Positions 47,944 to 58,100 of a DNA stretch of 64,000 bases are shown in pieces. The notes below the pieces were generated by a model, which did not search any database, had not been told where the DNA came from, and saw only the letters and a list, made by a program, of their open reading frames with translations. Every line of letters starts with the position of its first letter. The stretch's first letter is position 1. Made by a program: the position numbers and the translations under genes. Origin of the DNA: an uncultured Acidobacteriota bacterium (GTDB taxonomy: Bacteria; Acidobacteriota; Thermoanaerobaculia; Multivoradales; UBA5704); the NCBI GenBank assembly GCA_963700145.1, contig OY969474.1, forward strand, positions 3,072,001 to 3,136,000, in the 5' to 3' direction.

Positions 47944-48468
47944 CTACTCGATCAGCCGCTCGAGGAGAGACTGCGGCACCAGCTCGCGCAACTCGGGGTA
48001 CTCCTCGAGGAGACGGGCGATGTCGGCTAAGTCTTTCTGGCGCTTGCTGGCGCGCCGGGTGGGGTCGCCTGCGGCCCAGACCTTGCCGCGCAGGACGTCT
48101 TCCAGTTGGGCGACGGGCAGCCGATGGCCGAGGACGTCGCGCAGCTCGGCCCGTTCGGGGAACTCCTGGTAGCGGGGATCGACCTGCAGTTGAATCCGCA
48201 AGTCCGAGCCCGGCGCCGACAGGTTCACCGAGTGCTCGAAGCGCTCCACCCGGATCGGCGCCTCGAACAGACTTCCGACACGCTCGAGCTCGCCGGGGGC
48301 CAGCGCGAGGTCGAGGTCGAGGCTCACGACCGGTTCGGCATAGGCGTTGACCGCCTGACCGCCGATCACGCAGTAGCGGGCGCCGGCCTCCGCGAGGATC
48401 TCCAACGTCCGCTCGAGCAGGTCGGCGTGGTCCATGGTCACGGTTCTCCAGAAGGTTGCCGCCTGCAT
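47944..48468 (-). CDS. nucleotidyltransferase-fold protein
   Basis: YCVIGGQAVNAY...SLDLDL (GG...DxD) and C-terminal K....R..K..KDLADI. Confidence 0.75.
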   Translation of the reverse strand: MQAATFWRTVTMDHADLLERTLEILAEAGARYCVIGGQAVNAYAEPVVSLDLDLALAPGELERVGSLFEAPIRVERFEHSVNLSAPGSDLRIQLQVDPRYQEFPERAELRDVLGHRLPVAQLEDVLRGKVWAAGDPTRRASKRQKDLADIARLLEEYPELRELVPQSLLERLIE

Positions 48469-48479
48469 CGCCTTCTCCG

Positions 48480-49394
48480 TTATGCCGCGCGGCGGACCTG
48501 CTCGGCGCCGCGCGGCCACTCGCCGGCTAGGAAGGCGCCGGCGGCGGTGAAGAACTCTTCGGGGCGCTCGAGGTAGGGGTGGTGGCCGCACTCCTCGATG
48601 GTCAGGAAGCGGGCGTCGCGGGCGTGGGCGGCCCACTCGCGGGAGGCCTGGACGGGGACCAGGTCCTCGGTGCCCTGGATCACCAGTAAGGGCGGAGCGA
48701 GCTGCGGCAGGCGCGGGCGGAAGTCCCAGTCCTTCATCCGCGGCAGGATGTGCTCGAAGTAGACCGGCATGGCGTGGGCCGGCCACTCGTTGGGGAAGGC
48801 GCAGACGTCGGCGACCGGGAAGCGGCCGACCGCGGCCGGGTCCATCATCTGCGCTGGCAGCAGGAAATCGGTGAACCAGGCGTGGCAGTAGGCGACCGGG
48901 TCGGTCTCGTCGAGCCCGGCGCGGCGCAGCTCTTCGATCGACGGCACCCCCGGCGGATAGACCAGCACCTCCGGCCCCGGCAGCTCCTGCAGCCACTCCC
49001 CCGGCCGCCGCGGCGTGATCGGGCAGACCAGCAGCAGCCGCTCGACCCGCTGCGGCTCCTCCAGCGCGTAGAGCGCGGCGATCGCGGCGTGGTAGGAGGA
49101 GCCGAGGAGCGAGAGGCGGCGGAGGCCGAAGAAGCGGCGCACGGCCTCGAGGTCGCGCACGTCCTCCTCGAGCGAGAGCTGGCGGCGATCGGAGACGACG
49201 CTCGAGCGGCCGCGGCTGCGCGGGTCGTAGAAGAGGAGGGTGCGCCCTTCGGCGAGCGGTTGGAGAAGCTCGGCGAGCCAGCTGGCGTTGGGGACGACGA
49301 CCACCTCCGGCGTGTCGTCGAGCGGCAGGCCGACGGCGCGGAAGTAGAGCTGGAGCCCCGGCCGCACGAACACGAAGCCTTCGCTGGTCTGCAT
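48480..49394 (-). CDS. alpha/beta hydrolase (proline iminopeptidase-like)
   Basis: YDPRSRGRS, LLGSSY, QGTED and CGHHPYLE. Confidence 0.8.
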   Translation of the reverse strand: MQTSEGFVFVRPGLQLYFRAVGLPLDDTPEVVVVPNASWLAELLQPLAEGRTLLFYDPRSRGRSSVVSDRRQLSLEEDVRDLEAVRRFFGLRRLSLLGSSYHAAIAALYALEEPQRVERLLLVCPITPRRPGEWLQELPGPEVLVYPPGVPSIEELRRAGLDETDPVAYCHAWFTDFLLPAQMMDPAAVGRFPVADVCAFPNEWPAHAMPVYFEHILPRMKDWDFRPRLPQLAPPLLVIQGTEDLVPVQASREWAAHARDARFLTIEECGHHPYLERPEEFFTAAGAFLAGEWPRGAEQVRRAA

Positions 49395-49493
49395 CGGTAA
49401 GCCCGAGAGGGACGCTCGCCGCGGTGCGGCGACCGCGAGTGTACAACGGCGAGCGAACGCCCGGCACAAAACGCCCGGCACGTGGGCCGGGCG

Positions 49494-50261
49494 CTACGGC
49501 GCCTCGCGCGGCACTTCGATGACGCGGAAGGGGAGGCGGTCGGGGTAGGTGCTCTGCAGGACCCCCATCGCCACGTTGTAGACCGGCGTCCCCGCCGCCG
49601 TCTTCCCCTCCGGCCGGCCGCGGTGGGCGTGGCCGTGGAAGACCGCCGCCACCGGGTAGCGCGAGAGCGGCTCCTCCAGCCGGCTGCACCCCAAGAAGGG
49701 GTAGATCTCGCACGGCTCCCCCTCGACCGTCTCCTCGATCGGCGAGTAGTGGAGCACCGCCACGCGCGGCACCCGCCGCAGCCGCGCCAGCGCCGACTCG
49801 AGCTTCAGCGCCTCGTCCACCGCCTCGCGCACGAAGTCCTTGACGATCTTCTCGCCCCAGGGGCCGAGCGCGCGCTTGCCGAAGCCGCCGGCGAAGCCCT
49901 TGACGCCGGCGAAGCCGATCCCCTCGACCACCTGCGCGTCGCCGTCGAGGATGACGATCCCGGCGTCAGCGAGGATGTTCTTGACCTCGTCCGGGCAGCC
50001 CGACTCGAAGTCGTGGTTGCCGAGCACGGCGACGACCGGCACCTTGACCGTGCCGGTGACGGCGCGGGCGAGGAGGTGCGCCTCCTCGGGGAGGCCGCGG
50101 TCGGTGAGGTCGCCGCAGACCAGCAGCACGTCGGCGTGCTGGCCGACCTGCGCCAGCAGCTCCTGGATGACGGGGGGCGGCGGCGGGTGCTTGGCGAAGT
50201 GGAGGTCGGCGGTCGCGGCGATCCGCACCACTCCGTTGCCCACCGCGGCGGTCGTGGCCAT
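49494..50261 (-). CDS. calcineurin-like metallophosphoesterase
   Basis: ADLH, CGDLTD, LGNHD, LHYSP and HGHAH. Confidence 0.9.
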   Translation of the reverse strand: MATTAAVGNGVVRIAATADLHFAKHPPPPPVIQELLAQVGQHADVLLVCGDLTDRGLPEEAHLLARAVTGTVKVPVVAVLGNHDFESGCPDEVKNILADAGIVILDGDAQVVEGIGFAGVKGFAGGFGKRALGPWGEKIVKDFVREAVDEALKLESALARLRRVPRVAVLHYSPIEETVEGEPCEIYPFLGCSRLEEPLSRYPVAAVFHGHAHRGRPEGKTAAGTPVYNVAMGVLQSTYPDRLPFRVIEVPREAP

Positions 50262-50351
50262 GTCCCCGAAAGGAGGCAAGGCATGTGCCAGAAGGGCGCG
50301 GGGCGGCCCGCGGAAACCTCTGATGGTACGTCTCTTGCTGCCTCTGGAGCC

Positions 50352-51239
50352 GTGACCGAGCCCGCCACAGCACCCGCCACTGCACCCGCCAGTGCTCCAG
50401 ACACCGAGCTGTCGCCGGAGACCCGGGACTGCTACCGGCGCGCCCTCGAGACCCTCGAGAAGGCGGGGGTGCCGTTCCTCGTCGGCGGCGCCTACGCCTT
50501 CGGCTCCTACACCGGCATCGTCCGCCACACCAAGGACTTCGACGTCTTCCTCCGCGAGGAGGACCTGCCGCGCGCGCTCGGGGCACTGCGCCGCGCCGGC
50601 TACGCGGTCGGGGTCCACTCCCCGCACTGGCTGGGGAAGGCGTACTGCGGCGACGACTTCATCGATCTGATCTTTTCGGCCGGCAACGGCATCGCGCGCG
50701 TCGACGACCTCTGGTTCGAGCACGCCGTCCCCAGCGAGGTGATGGGGGTGCCGGTCCGGCTCTGCCCCGCCGAGGAGATGATCTGGTCGAAGGCCTTCGT
50801 CATGGAGCGCGAGCGCTACGACGGCGCCGACGTCGCCCACCTGCTGCGCGCCATGGCCGAAAAGCTCGACTGGGAGCGGCTCCTCGCCCGCTTCGGCGAG
50901 AACTGGCGCGTGCTCCTCGCCCACCTCGCGCTCTTCGGCTTCGTCTACCCCGGCGAGCGGCACCGCGTCCCGGCCGCGGTGATGCGGCGGCTCACCGACG
51001 CCCTGGGCGCGGAGCTGGACGCGCCAGCGTCCGGCGAGCGGGTCTGCCGCGGGACGCTGCTGTCGCGCGAGCAGTACCTGCCGGACGTCGAGCGCTGGGG
51101 CTACCGCGACGCCCGGCTGGCGCCGAGCGGCACGATGACCGAGGAGCAGATCGACCTCTGGACGGCGCGCATCGAGGAGGACGGCGCCCAGGCCACCGCG
51201 GCGGCCGTCGTCAGCGCAGGAAGTCCACCCGATCGGTGA
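50352..51239 (+). CDS. nucleotidyltransferase family protein
   Basis: PFLVGGAYAF..YTGI.RHTKDFDVF and SKAFVMERERYDGADV. Confidence 0.85.
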   Translation: MTEPATAPATAPASAPDTELSPETRDCYRRALETLEKAGVPFLVGGAYAFGSYTGIVRHTKDFDVFLREEDLPRALGALRRAGYAVGVHSPHWLGKAYCGDDFIDLIFSAGNGIARVDDLWFEHAVPSEVMGVPVRLCPAEEMIWSKAFVMERERYDGADVAHLLRAMAEKLDWERLLARFGENWRVLLAHLALFGFVYPGERHRVPAAVMRRLTDALGAELDAPASGERVCRGTLLSREQYLPDVERWGYRDARLAPSGTMTEEQIDLWTARIEEDGAQATAAAVVSAGSPPDR

Positions 51240-51861
51240 TGACGCCGGTCACCCCGAGGGCGGTGCAGCGCCGGTGCTCCTCGGGGGTCTTCATCGCGTA
51301 GACGAAGCTGCGGAAGCCGAGCGCGGCGGCCTGGTCGAGGAGCGCCGGATCGAGCGTCTCGTAGTGCCAGACCGCGGTGCGGATGCGGCCGTCGCGCGGG
51401 AAGAGCCCGGCGAAGGCGTCGAAGCTCGCCGGGCGGGCGGCGACGAGGAGGCCGCACTCGACCTCGGGCAGGTGGGCGAAGCGCTCGACCAGCGGGTGCC
51501 AGAAGGAGGTCACCAGGAAGCGGTGAGTGGCGAGCCGCGCCGCGACCGCCGCCGCCACCGCTTCGAGCGCGGCCGGGGCCTTGATCTCCAGGTTCCAGAG
51601 CAGGTGCGGGAAGCGGTCGAGGGCTTCGTCGAGCGCCGGCACGGCGTGGCCGGCCGCGGCCGCCAGCTCCGCTCGCGTCAGCTCGGCGACGGCGCGGCCG
51701 TCCGGGAGCAGACGGTCGTGGAAGAGGACGGCCTCGCCGTCCGCGGCCAGGCGCACGTCGGTCTCGATGCCGTCGGCGCCGAGCGCGGCGGCGCGGGCGA
51801 AGGCTTCGAGGGTGTTCTCGGGGCAGTCGGTGTGCTGGCCGCGGTGGGAGAGGACGAGCAA
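51211..51861 (-). CDS. glycerophosphodiester phosphodiesterase
   Basis: SHRG, PENTLEAF, IETDV, FHD, NLEIK and GVITD. Confidence 0.9.
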   Translation of the reverse strand: MLVLSHRGQHTDCPENTLEAFARAAALGADGIETDVRLAADGEAVLFHDRLLPDGRAVAELTRAELAAAAGHAVPALDEALDRFPHLLWNLEIKAPAALEAVAAAVAARLATHRFLVTSFWHPLVERFAHLPEVECGLLVAARPASFDAFAGLFPRDGRIRTAVWHYETLDPALLDQAAALGFRSFVYAMKTPEEHRRCTALGVTGVITDRVDFLR

Positions 51862-51874
51862 GGGGAGGCGGGCG

Positions 51875-53173
51875 CTACGGCCAGATGCCGCGCGACAGCG
51901 CGACCTCGGCCACCCGGCGGATCGCCAGCACGTAGGCGGCGGTGCGCATATCGACGGGGTCGCCTTCGGCCGTCAGCTCCTGCAGCGTGTCGATGACCGC
52001 GTCGGTCGCCCGCTCCATGCGCGCGGCGAGCTTCTCGTTGACCACCTCGAGCGGCCACTGCTCGTGCTCGATGTTCTGCACCCACTCGAAGTAGCTGACG
52101 GTGACGCCGCCGGAGTTGGCGAGGATGTCGGGCACTACGGGGATACCGCGCCCGGCGAGGACGCGGTCCGCCTCCGGCGTCGTCGGGCCGTTGGCCGCCT
52201 CGACGACCAGCTTCGCCCGCACCGCGGCGGCGTTGCCAGCGTGGAGCTGGTTCTCGAGGGCGGCGGGAATCAGGATGTCGCAGGGGACGGTGAGCAGCTC
52301 CGCGTTCGACACCGGCTCCGTGCCGTCGAGCCCGGCGACCGAGCGGGTGCGCGCCTTGTGCGCGATCGCCGCCGCCGGGTCGATCCCCGCCTCGCTGTAG
52401 GCGCCGCCGGTCGAGTCCGAGAGGCCAACGATGCGCGCGCCGGCGGCCGAAAAGAGCTCGGCCGCGATCGCCCCGGCGTTGCCGAAGCCCTGGATCGCCA
52501 CCCTGGCGCCGGCCAGCCGCTCGAGCCCGGGCACCACCCCGCGCGCCAGGACCCGCGAGGTGACGAAGAGCGCCCCCTGCGCCGTCGCCTCGCGCCGCCC
52601 GAGCGAGCCGCCCATCTCGACCGGCTTGCCGGTCACCACCGGCAGGTTGTTCTCGCCGGGGTGCATCATCTGGTAGGTGTCGTAGATCCAGGCCATGGTC
52701 ACGGCGTCGGTGTTGACGTCGGGGGCCGGGATGTCGGTGTGCGGGCCGATGCTCCCCCCCAGCTCGACAATGAAGCGGCGCGTCACCTTGCGCAGCTCGG
52801 TCTGCGACAGGTGCTTGGGGTCGCAGACGATCCCGCCCTTGGCGCCGCCGAAGGGGACGTCGGCGACGGCGCACTTCCAGGTCATCCACGAGGCGAGCGC
52901 CCGCACCTCGTCCTCGGTGACGTCGGGGTGGTAGCGGATCCCGCCCTTGCCCGGACCGCGCACGCGGCTGTGCAGGGCGCGGTAGCCGATGAAGGTCCGC
53001 ACCGAGCCGTCGTCCATCTCGACCGGGAACTCCACCGTCATCACGCGGCTGACGCGGCGGAGGTAGTCGAGCAGGCCGTTGCGCAGCTGCGGCACGAAGC
53101 GCGCCGCGCGATCGAACTGCTGCTGCGCGATGTGGTAGGAGTTGAGGTCCTCTACCGGGGGCGGCTGGCTCAT
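51875..53173 (-). CDS. gdhA: Glu/Leu/Phe/Val dehydrogenase (glutamate dehydrogenase)
   Basis: KGGIRYHP, MTWKCA, GGAKGG, DIPAPD, QGFGNAG and NSGGVTVSYFEW. Confidence 0.92.
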   Translation of the reverse strand: MSQPPPVEDLNSYHIAQQQFDRAARFVPQLRNGLLDYLRRVSRVMTVEFPVEMDDGSVRTFIGYRALHSRVRGPGKGGIRYHPDVTEDEVRALASWMTWKCAVADVPFGGAKGGIVCDPKHLSQTELRKVTRRFIVELGGSIGPHTDIPAPDVNTDAVTMAWIYDTYQMMHPGENNLPVVTGKPVEMGGSLGRREATAQGALFVTSRVLARGVVPGLERLAGARVAIQGFGNAGAIAAELFSAAGARIVGLSDSTGGAYSEAGIDPAAAIAHKARTRSVAGLDGTEPVSNAELLTVPCDILIPAALENQLHAGNAAAVRAKLVVEAANGPTTPEADRVLAGRGIPVVPDILANSGGVTVSYFEWVQNIEHEQWPLEVVNEKLAARMERATDAVIDTLQELTAEGDPVDMRTAAYVLAIRRVAEVALSRGIWP

Positions 53174-53198
53174 GGGCGCGCGGGATGCTACACCACTG

Positions 53199-53651
53199 TC
53201 AGCGCGCCGGGCTTGGCAAGGCCAGCCCCGGGTGCCAGCCGGCGGGGGCCATCTCGAACGCGGCGAACTCGAAGGCCGGGGCCACCGTGCAGCCGGCGAG
53301 CGTCCAGGCGCCGAGCGAGCGCGCGCTCTGCCAGGCGCCGGCCGGCACCGTCGCTTGCGGCAGCTCCCCGGCCGCGAGGTCGTCGCCGAGCCGCAGCGCG
53401 CGCACCTCGCGGCCGTCTTCGGAGACCAGCAGCTCGAGCGGCGCGCCGGCGTAGTGGTGCCAGACCTCGACCGCGTCGTTCACCCGGTGCCAGGCCGAGA
53501 GCTCGCCCGCGCGCAGCAGGTAATAGATGGCGGTGAGGGCGCCGCGGCCGCCGTCGCCGGGGCGGTCGCGGAAGGTCTCGCGGTAGAGGCCCCCTTCCGG
53601 ATGGGGGCGGAGGTCGAGGCGGCGGGCGATCTCCTCGGCGCCGCCGCTCAC
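53199..53651 (-). CDS. DUF985 cupin protein
   Basis: LRPHPEGG.YRET, TAIYYLL, SAWHRV, WQSA and CTVAPAFEF. Confidence 0.9.
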   Translation of the reverse strand: MSGGAEEIARRLDLRPHPEGGLYRETFRDRPGDGGRGALTAIYYLLRAGELSAWHRVNDAVEVWHHYAGAPLELLVSEDGREVRALRLGDDLAAGELPQATVPAGAWQSARSLGAWTLAGCTVAPAFEFAAFEMAPAGWHPGLALPSPAR

Positions 53652-54403
53652 GGCCGCGGCGAGGCGCCGGGCTCGATCCGGTAGGTCAGCGTGACCGTCG
53701 CCTCGACCGAGACCTGCCCGGGGGAGACCGGCGTCGTGTCCATCTGCGCCGACTCCATCGCCATGCGGACGTTGGCGACGCGCGGGGTGAACATCTGCAC
53801 CCCGCCTTCGGCGACCTCGAGGAGCCCCACGAGCCGCACGCCGAGCGCGTCCGCCAGCGCCTCGGCCTTCTGCTTTCCCGCATTGGCCGCTTGGCGCAGC
53901 GCCTGCTGGCGGGCGGCGAGCGCGCCGCGCAGGCCGAAGTTCACCCCTTCGACCTGGTTGGCGCCGGCCTCGAGCCCGGCGTCCACGACCGGCCCGATCA
54001 GGTCCAGCTTCTCGAGCCGCACCGAGACGACGTTGGTCGCCCGGTAGCCGACGATGCGCGGCTCGGCCGGCACCCCGCGCTCCGGCGGCGGCGTGTCCTG
54101 CGAGTAGACCGGGTAGAGCTGCAGCTCCGAGGTCTGGATCTGCTCGCGCGGCACGCCGAGCTTCCCGATCGCCGCCAGCACCGCGTTGGCGATCCGGTTG
54201 ACCTCCCCCTGCGCCTCGCGCGCCGTCGGCCGCTGCGCCACGACCCCCAGCCGCACCGTCGCCTCGTCCGGCGCCGTCTGCACCTGGCCGGTCCCCTGCA
54301 CCGTTAGCGAGGGGACCGGATGGGGCCCCTCGCCCTCCTCGTGGGCCCACGCCACGGGCGCCAAGCAAACTGCCAGGATCAAACACCACGCCGCTCGTCT
54401 CAT
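53648..54403 (-). CDS. SIMPL (DUF541) domain exported protein
   Basis: Signal peptide, TVQGTGQV..APD.A, GY...N.V.V and AGAN.V. Confidence 0.9.
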   Translation of the reverse strand: MRRAAWCLILAVCLAPVAWAHEEGEGPHPVPSLTVQGTGQVQTAPDEATVRLGVVAQRPTAREAQGEVNRIANAVLAAIGKLGVPREQIQTSELQLYPVYSQDTPPPERGVPAEPRIVGYRATNVVSVRLEKLDLIGPVVDAGLEAGANQVEGVNFGLRGALAARQQALRQAANAGKQKAEALADALGVRLVGLLEVAEGGVQMFTPRVANVRMAMESAQMDTTPVSPGQVSVEATVTLTYRIEPGASPRP

Positions 54404-54472
54404 CGCCGACCCTCCCTAGGTTCGTCCCGGAAAGGCTAGCAAAGGGCGGGCCGGGCGGGCGCGAACGGTCAG

Positions 54473-54697
54473 CTAGGGTGACGGCGGAATGATGCCACCG
54501 CCTTCAACGCCATCCGGCGGTACCGGGATGTTGCCACCCAAGCCACCTTCGGGAGGCGGCGGCCCCACTGGAATGGTCCCGCCGGTGCCGCCCCCCTCCC
54601 TCTCCCAAGTTGCCTGCATGGGGCCTCCACCTCTGGTCATCCCAAAACCGACCAACCCTGCCAGGAGAAACAGGAGAACAAAATCTCTTAACCTCAC
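54473..54697 (-). CDS. small exported or membrane peptide with three Gly/Pro-rich repeats
   Basis: AAGGAGGAG RBS then GTG. Hydrophobic N-terminus, then GGTGGTIPVGP, GGLGGNIPVPP and EGGGIIPPSP. Confidence 0.7.
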   Translation of the reverse strand: MRLRDFVLLFLLAGLVGFGMTRGGGPMQATWEREGGGTGGTIPVGPPPPEGGLGGNIPVPPDGVEGGGIIPPSP

Positions 54698-54739
54698 TGC
54701 GCTCCTCCTTTCATTCGGCGCTGCACGCTAGGGCACCCA

Positions 54740-55060
54740 CTATTGAAGCGGCGGCCGGTCCTCGGGAGGAGGAGGCGGCGGCGGCGGCTTGGGCGGTACG
54801 CCGACCTCTCCGCCAATACCTCCGGTTTGCTTCACGAGCAGGCTTATCGCGATGAAAACAGCGCTCAGACCGCAAAAAATGAGCAGGACGCTGTCATAGC
54901 CGAGCAACCCGGCGATCACGCCCGCGATCGCGGCGACCAGAGCGAGGATCTGGAACGTCGCGGGGGGAGGTGACGGCCTGGGCGGTACGCCGACCTCGCC
55001 GCCTATGCCTCCGGATTGCGTTCTTGGACCGATTCGGCTGTCTCCTTCTCGTTCCGGCAT
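54740..55060 (-). CDS. small two-TM protein with duplicated QxGGIGGEVGVPPxP motif
   Basis: AAAGGAGG RBS. The motif occurs before and after the TM hairpin, with synonymous differences between copies. Confidence 0.75.
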   Translation of the reverse strand: MPEREGDSRIGPRTQSGGIGGEVGVPPRPSPPPATFQILALVAAIAGVIAGLLGYDSVLLIFCGLSAVFIAISLLVKQTGGIGGEVGVPPKPPPPPPPPEDRPPLQ

Positions 55061-55127
55061 GCCATCCCTCCTTTTGAGTTCACGGCAGAACGGGCGGCGC
55101 CGCCCGTCGATGTGTTACAGGCGCAGG

Positions 55128-58100
55128 TCATCCTGCTTCGCCGAGCAGGACGAACGGCGCCCAGTAGTAAGGATGCGCTCGTTCCTCTCGTCCGAGAACG
55201 CTAAGCTTGGCGGCGCGCAACGCCTCGCCCACACCGGCGCCCTGCTGCAGGCGACGATAGAACTCGATCATGAGATCGGCGGTCGAAGCGTCTTCCACCG
55301 ACCAGAGGCTTACCACGAGACTGGGGGTGCCTGCGTAGAGGAAGGCCCTCGCGAAGCCGATCAGCCCCTCTCCGGCCACCGCTCTGCCCAAACCACTTTC
55401 ACAAGCCGACAGCACGATCAGCTCCGCGTCGAGCTCGAGATTGAAGATCTCATAGACTTGCAACAGCCCATCCTCGGCAGAATTTTCGGAGCGTGCCAAA
55501 ACCAGGCCGGACAGCTCCGGTCGCACGTCGCTCAAGAACGCGTGCGTCGCAAAGTGAATGCGGCGAGCGGTCGAAAGCGACCGGTCCTGTTTCACGTGGT
55601 CTTCGGTCGCTTCCGGGCCGAGGAAAAGATCGACCTCGCTGGATGCGAAGAGCTGTGCGATGGCCTCGACCTCTCGGCGGCTCTCCGGCAAATCGGCGAG
55701 ATACGTTGCCGCGCCCAGCATTGGAACCTTCGCCGTCCGGCTAGCGACCGGATCGGCAAAAGCGACCAGACTCTTCGCCGCAGTCGACTCTTGGTTGGCG
55801 GCGTGCCCTGCCTCTGCCTGGAGACTGAGCAGAACGCTGGCCGAGGGGGCGTAAGAGACCATATGGGTCCGCAGGAGATACGGCGGGGCCGCAGTGCCTT
55901 CTATCCGGCTTGGCTCCGTCGAGACGAGAGCCTCGAAGGGAACCAGGTGGAGAACACCATCAGCTACAATCACGAGTTTGGGGCGCTTATTCAGAATGCC
56001 GGCGGCAGGTGCAAGGAGGAGTTGATACAATCGATGCGCCGACAAAAGGTACGGACCGAACAGTCGGCGCTCGGGAGACACCAGAGTCTGGCGTAGTCGC
56101 TCCACTTCCTCGGTGATCTCCCGAGCCGGGGGAAGCCGGTAAGTCTCGAATTCTCCCTTTGTCAGCACGAAAAGATAAGAGGCGTCGTGCCCAAGGGCGT
56201 ACTCCAGCAGAGCGACATCCGACTCCAGCGATGCTTGGACTTGTGCGAGCGTCGCGATGGGAGGATAGCGGACCTCCGCGTAACGCGGGTGCTTGAGACG
56301 GATGTCAGACTCCATTTCCTTCAGCTCGTCGAGTGCAGATTTCAGCTCGCGCCTGAGCTCGGCGGTCTCATCCGTCTCGGCATTCAGCCTCGATAGCAGG
56401 TCGACGAGGCGCGACTGCGTCGAAGAGATCTTCGCCGCGAGCTGCCGTTCGCGTTCCTTGAGCTCGGGCGCGACACCTCGTCGGACATCGATTCTGCCCT
56501 CAGCCAGAAGCTCCAAGAGGCTGCGCGCTCGCGCTCTCTCGCTGGTATCGAAGGCCTGCTCCGCAAAACCTCGCGCGGACGGCTTGCTCCCAAGCCGCAT
56601 CAGCAGATCGATGTAGGCGTCGTAGTACTCCCGGCGCGCAGCGAAGTAGGTAGCCCTTAAGTCACGGCTCAGGACCTGTTGCCGGCCCGACTCAATGATG
56701 GCGAGCGCTTCTTCCAGCCGCGGACGTGCGTCTTCCAGGCGGCCGCCTTCGCGGTCGAGCCCCGCCCAGTGGAGAAGGATGCTTGCCTGGAGGATTGAGT
56801 TCTCGGCGCGCCGAGCTAGCTCAAGTGACTTCTCGAGATTCTCCACGGGACCGTCGAGTCCGAGCCTGTGCTGGACCATCCCGAGGTCGAGAAGTGCGCT
56901 GGCTTCCTCAACACGGTTTCCCGCTTCGCGCCGCAGCGCAACGCACTCCTGTAGGCTGGCAAGTGCGGCATTTAGATCACCAAGGGCGAGCTGTGCGATG
57001 CCCGTACGGTGCAACGCCATCCCTTCCACCCGCCGGTTACCGATCTCCCGGCTGATTGACAAGGCCTGCTGGTGGTGATTCAGGGCCGCCTGTGGCTGAT
57101 CAGAAAGCGATTCGACCCAGCCGAGACTGGTAAGCGCCCGCGCTTCAAAGTCTCGATTACCGCCTGCCCTATAGAGCTCTAAGACCTTCCGATACTCGTC
57201 TGCAGCGCGCTCGAGCTCTCCGAGATCGCGGTGTAGGCCGGCCAAGGCCTCCCTAACGTTACCCAAGCTCGTTGAATCGCCGACCGCCTCCCACTGAGCG
57301 ATAGCCTCACCATAGAGGCGAAGGGCTTGCTCGAACTCTCCGCGCGTACGATGGGCAAGAGCGAGGTTACCCGTTATGTACGCTTCGCTCTCAAGACTTC
57401 CAGCTGCCCTGCTAAGCGTCAGAGCTCGATACAAGCGATCCAGTGCAAGTCGCGTTTCACCGAGGTACAGCAGATCCAGGACACCCAGGCTGTTAAGCGT
57501 GTAGGCCTCGCCTTCGAGCTCGCCGGCGACGTGCCAGAGCGGTAGGGCCTCCTCGAACATCTCGAGAGCGCGTCGCGGCTCCCCGCGCTGATTGTGAAAA
57601 AGGCCCAGGTTGTGGAGCGTTGTCGCCGCCTCGGCGGTGTTGGACGTCTCACGCCAGATCGCCAGTGCTCGATGGTAATGGTCGAGCGTCTTGTCGGGCT
57701 CACCCAGGCGGGAGTAGGCGAGCCCGAGATTGTTCAAGGCCTCCCCTTCACCCTGCCGGTGGCCGGCGGCCTTCGCCAGCGCCTCGGCTCGCTCGAATCG
57801 AGCGATCGCCTCGTGCTCGTTTCCCTGCGAGTGCAGCACGAGACCTGCTTCGTTCAGGCATTCCGTCTGACCTACTTTGTCGCCCAGCTGCTCCCACAAG
57901 GCTAAGCTCTCGTCGAACCTGGAGATGGCTTGCTGCTTTGACTGCGAAGTACTTAGCGACTGGAGGTGATAGGCCTCGCTGAACAGTTGCTCGGCTCTAA
58001 CGCGAATCTCGTCGGTGGGCAGCGCAGGACGGCGTGCTTCGAGATTCACGGCGTAGCTACGGTTGTCACCCTCGTCTTTCCTCTCCACGATCAGCCGGAA

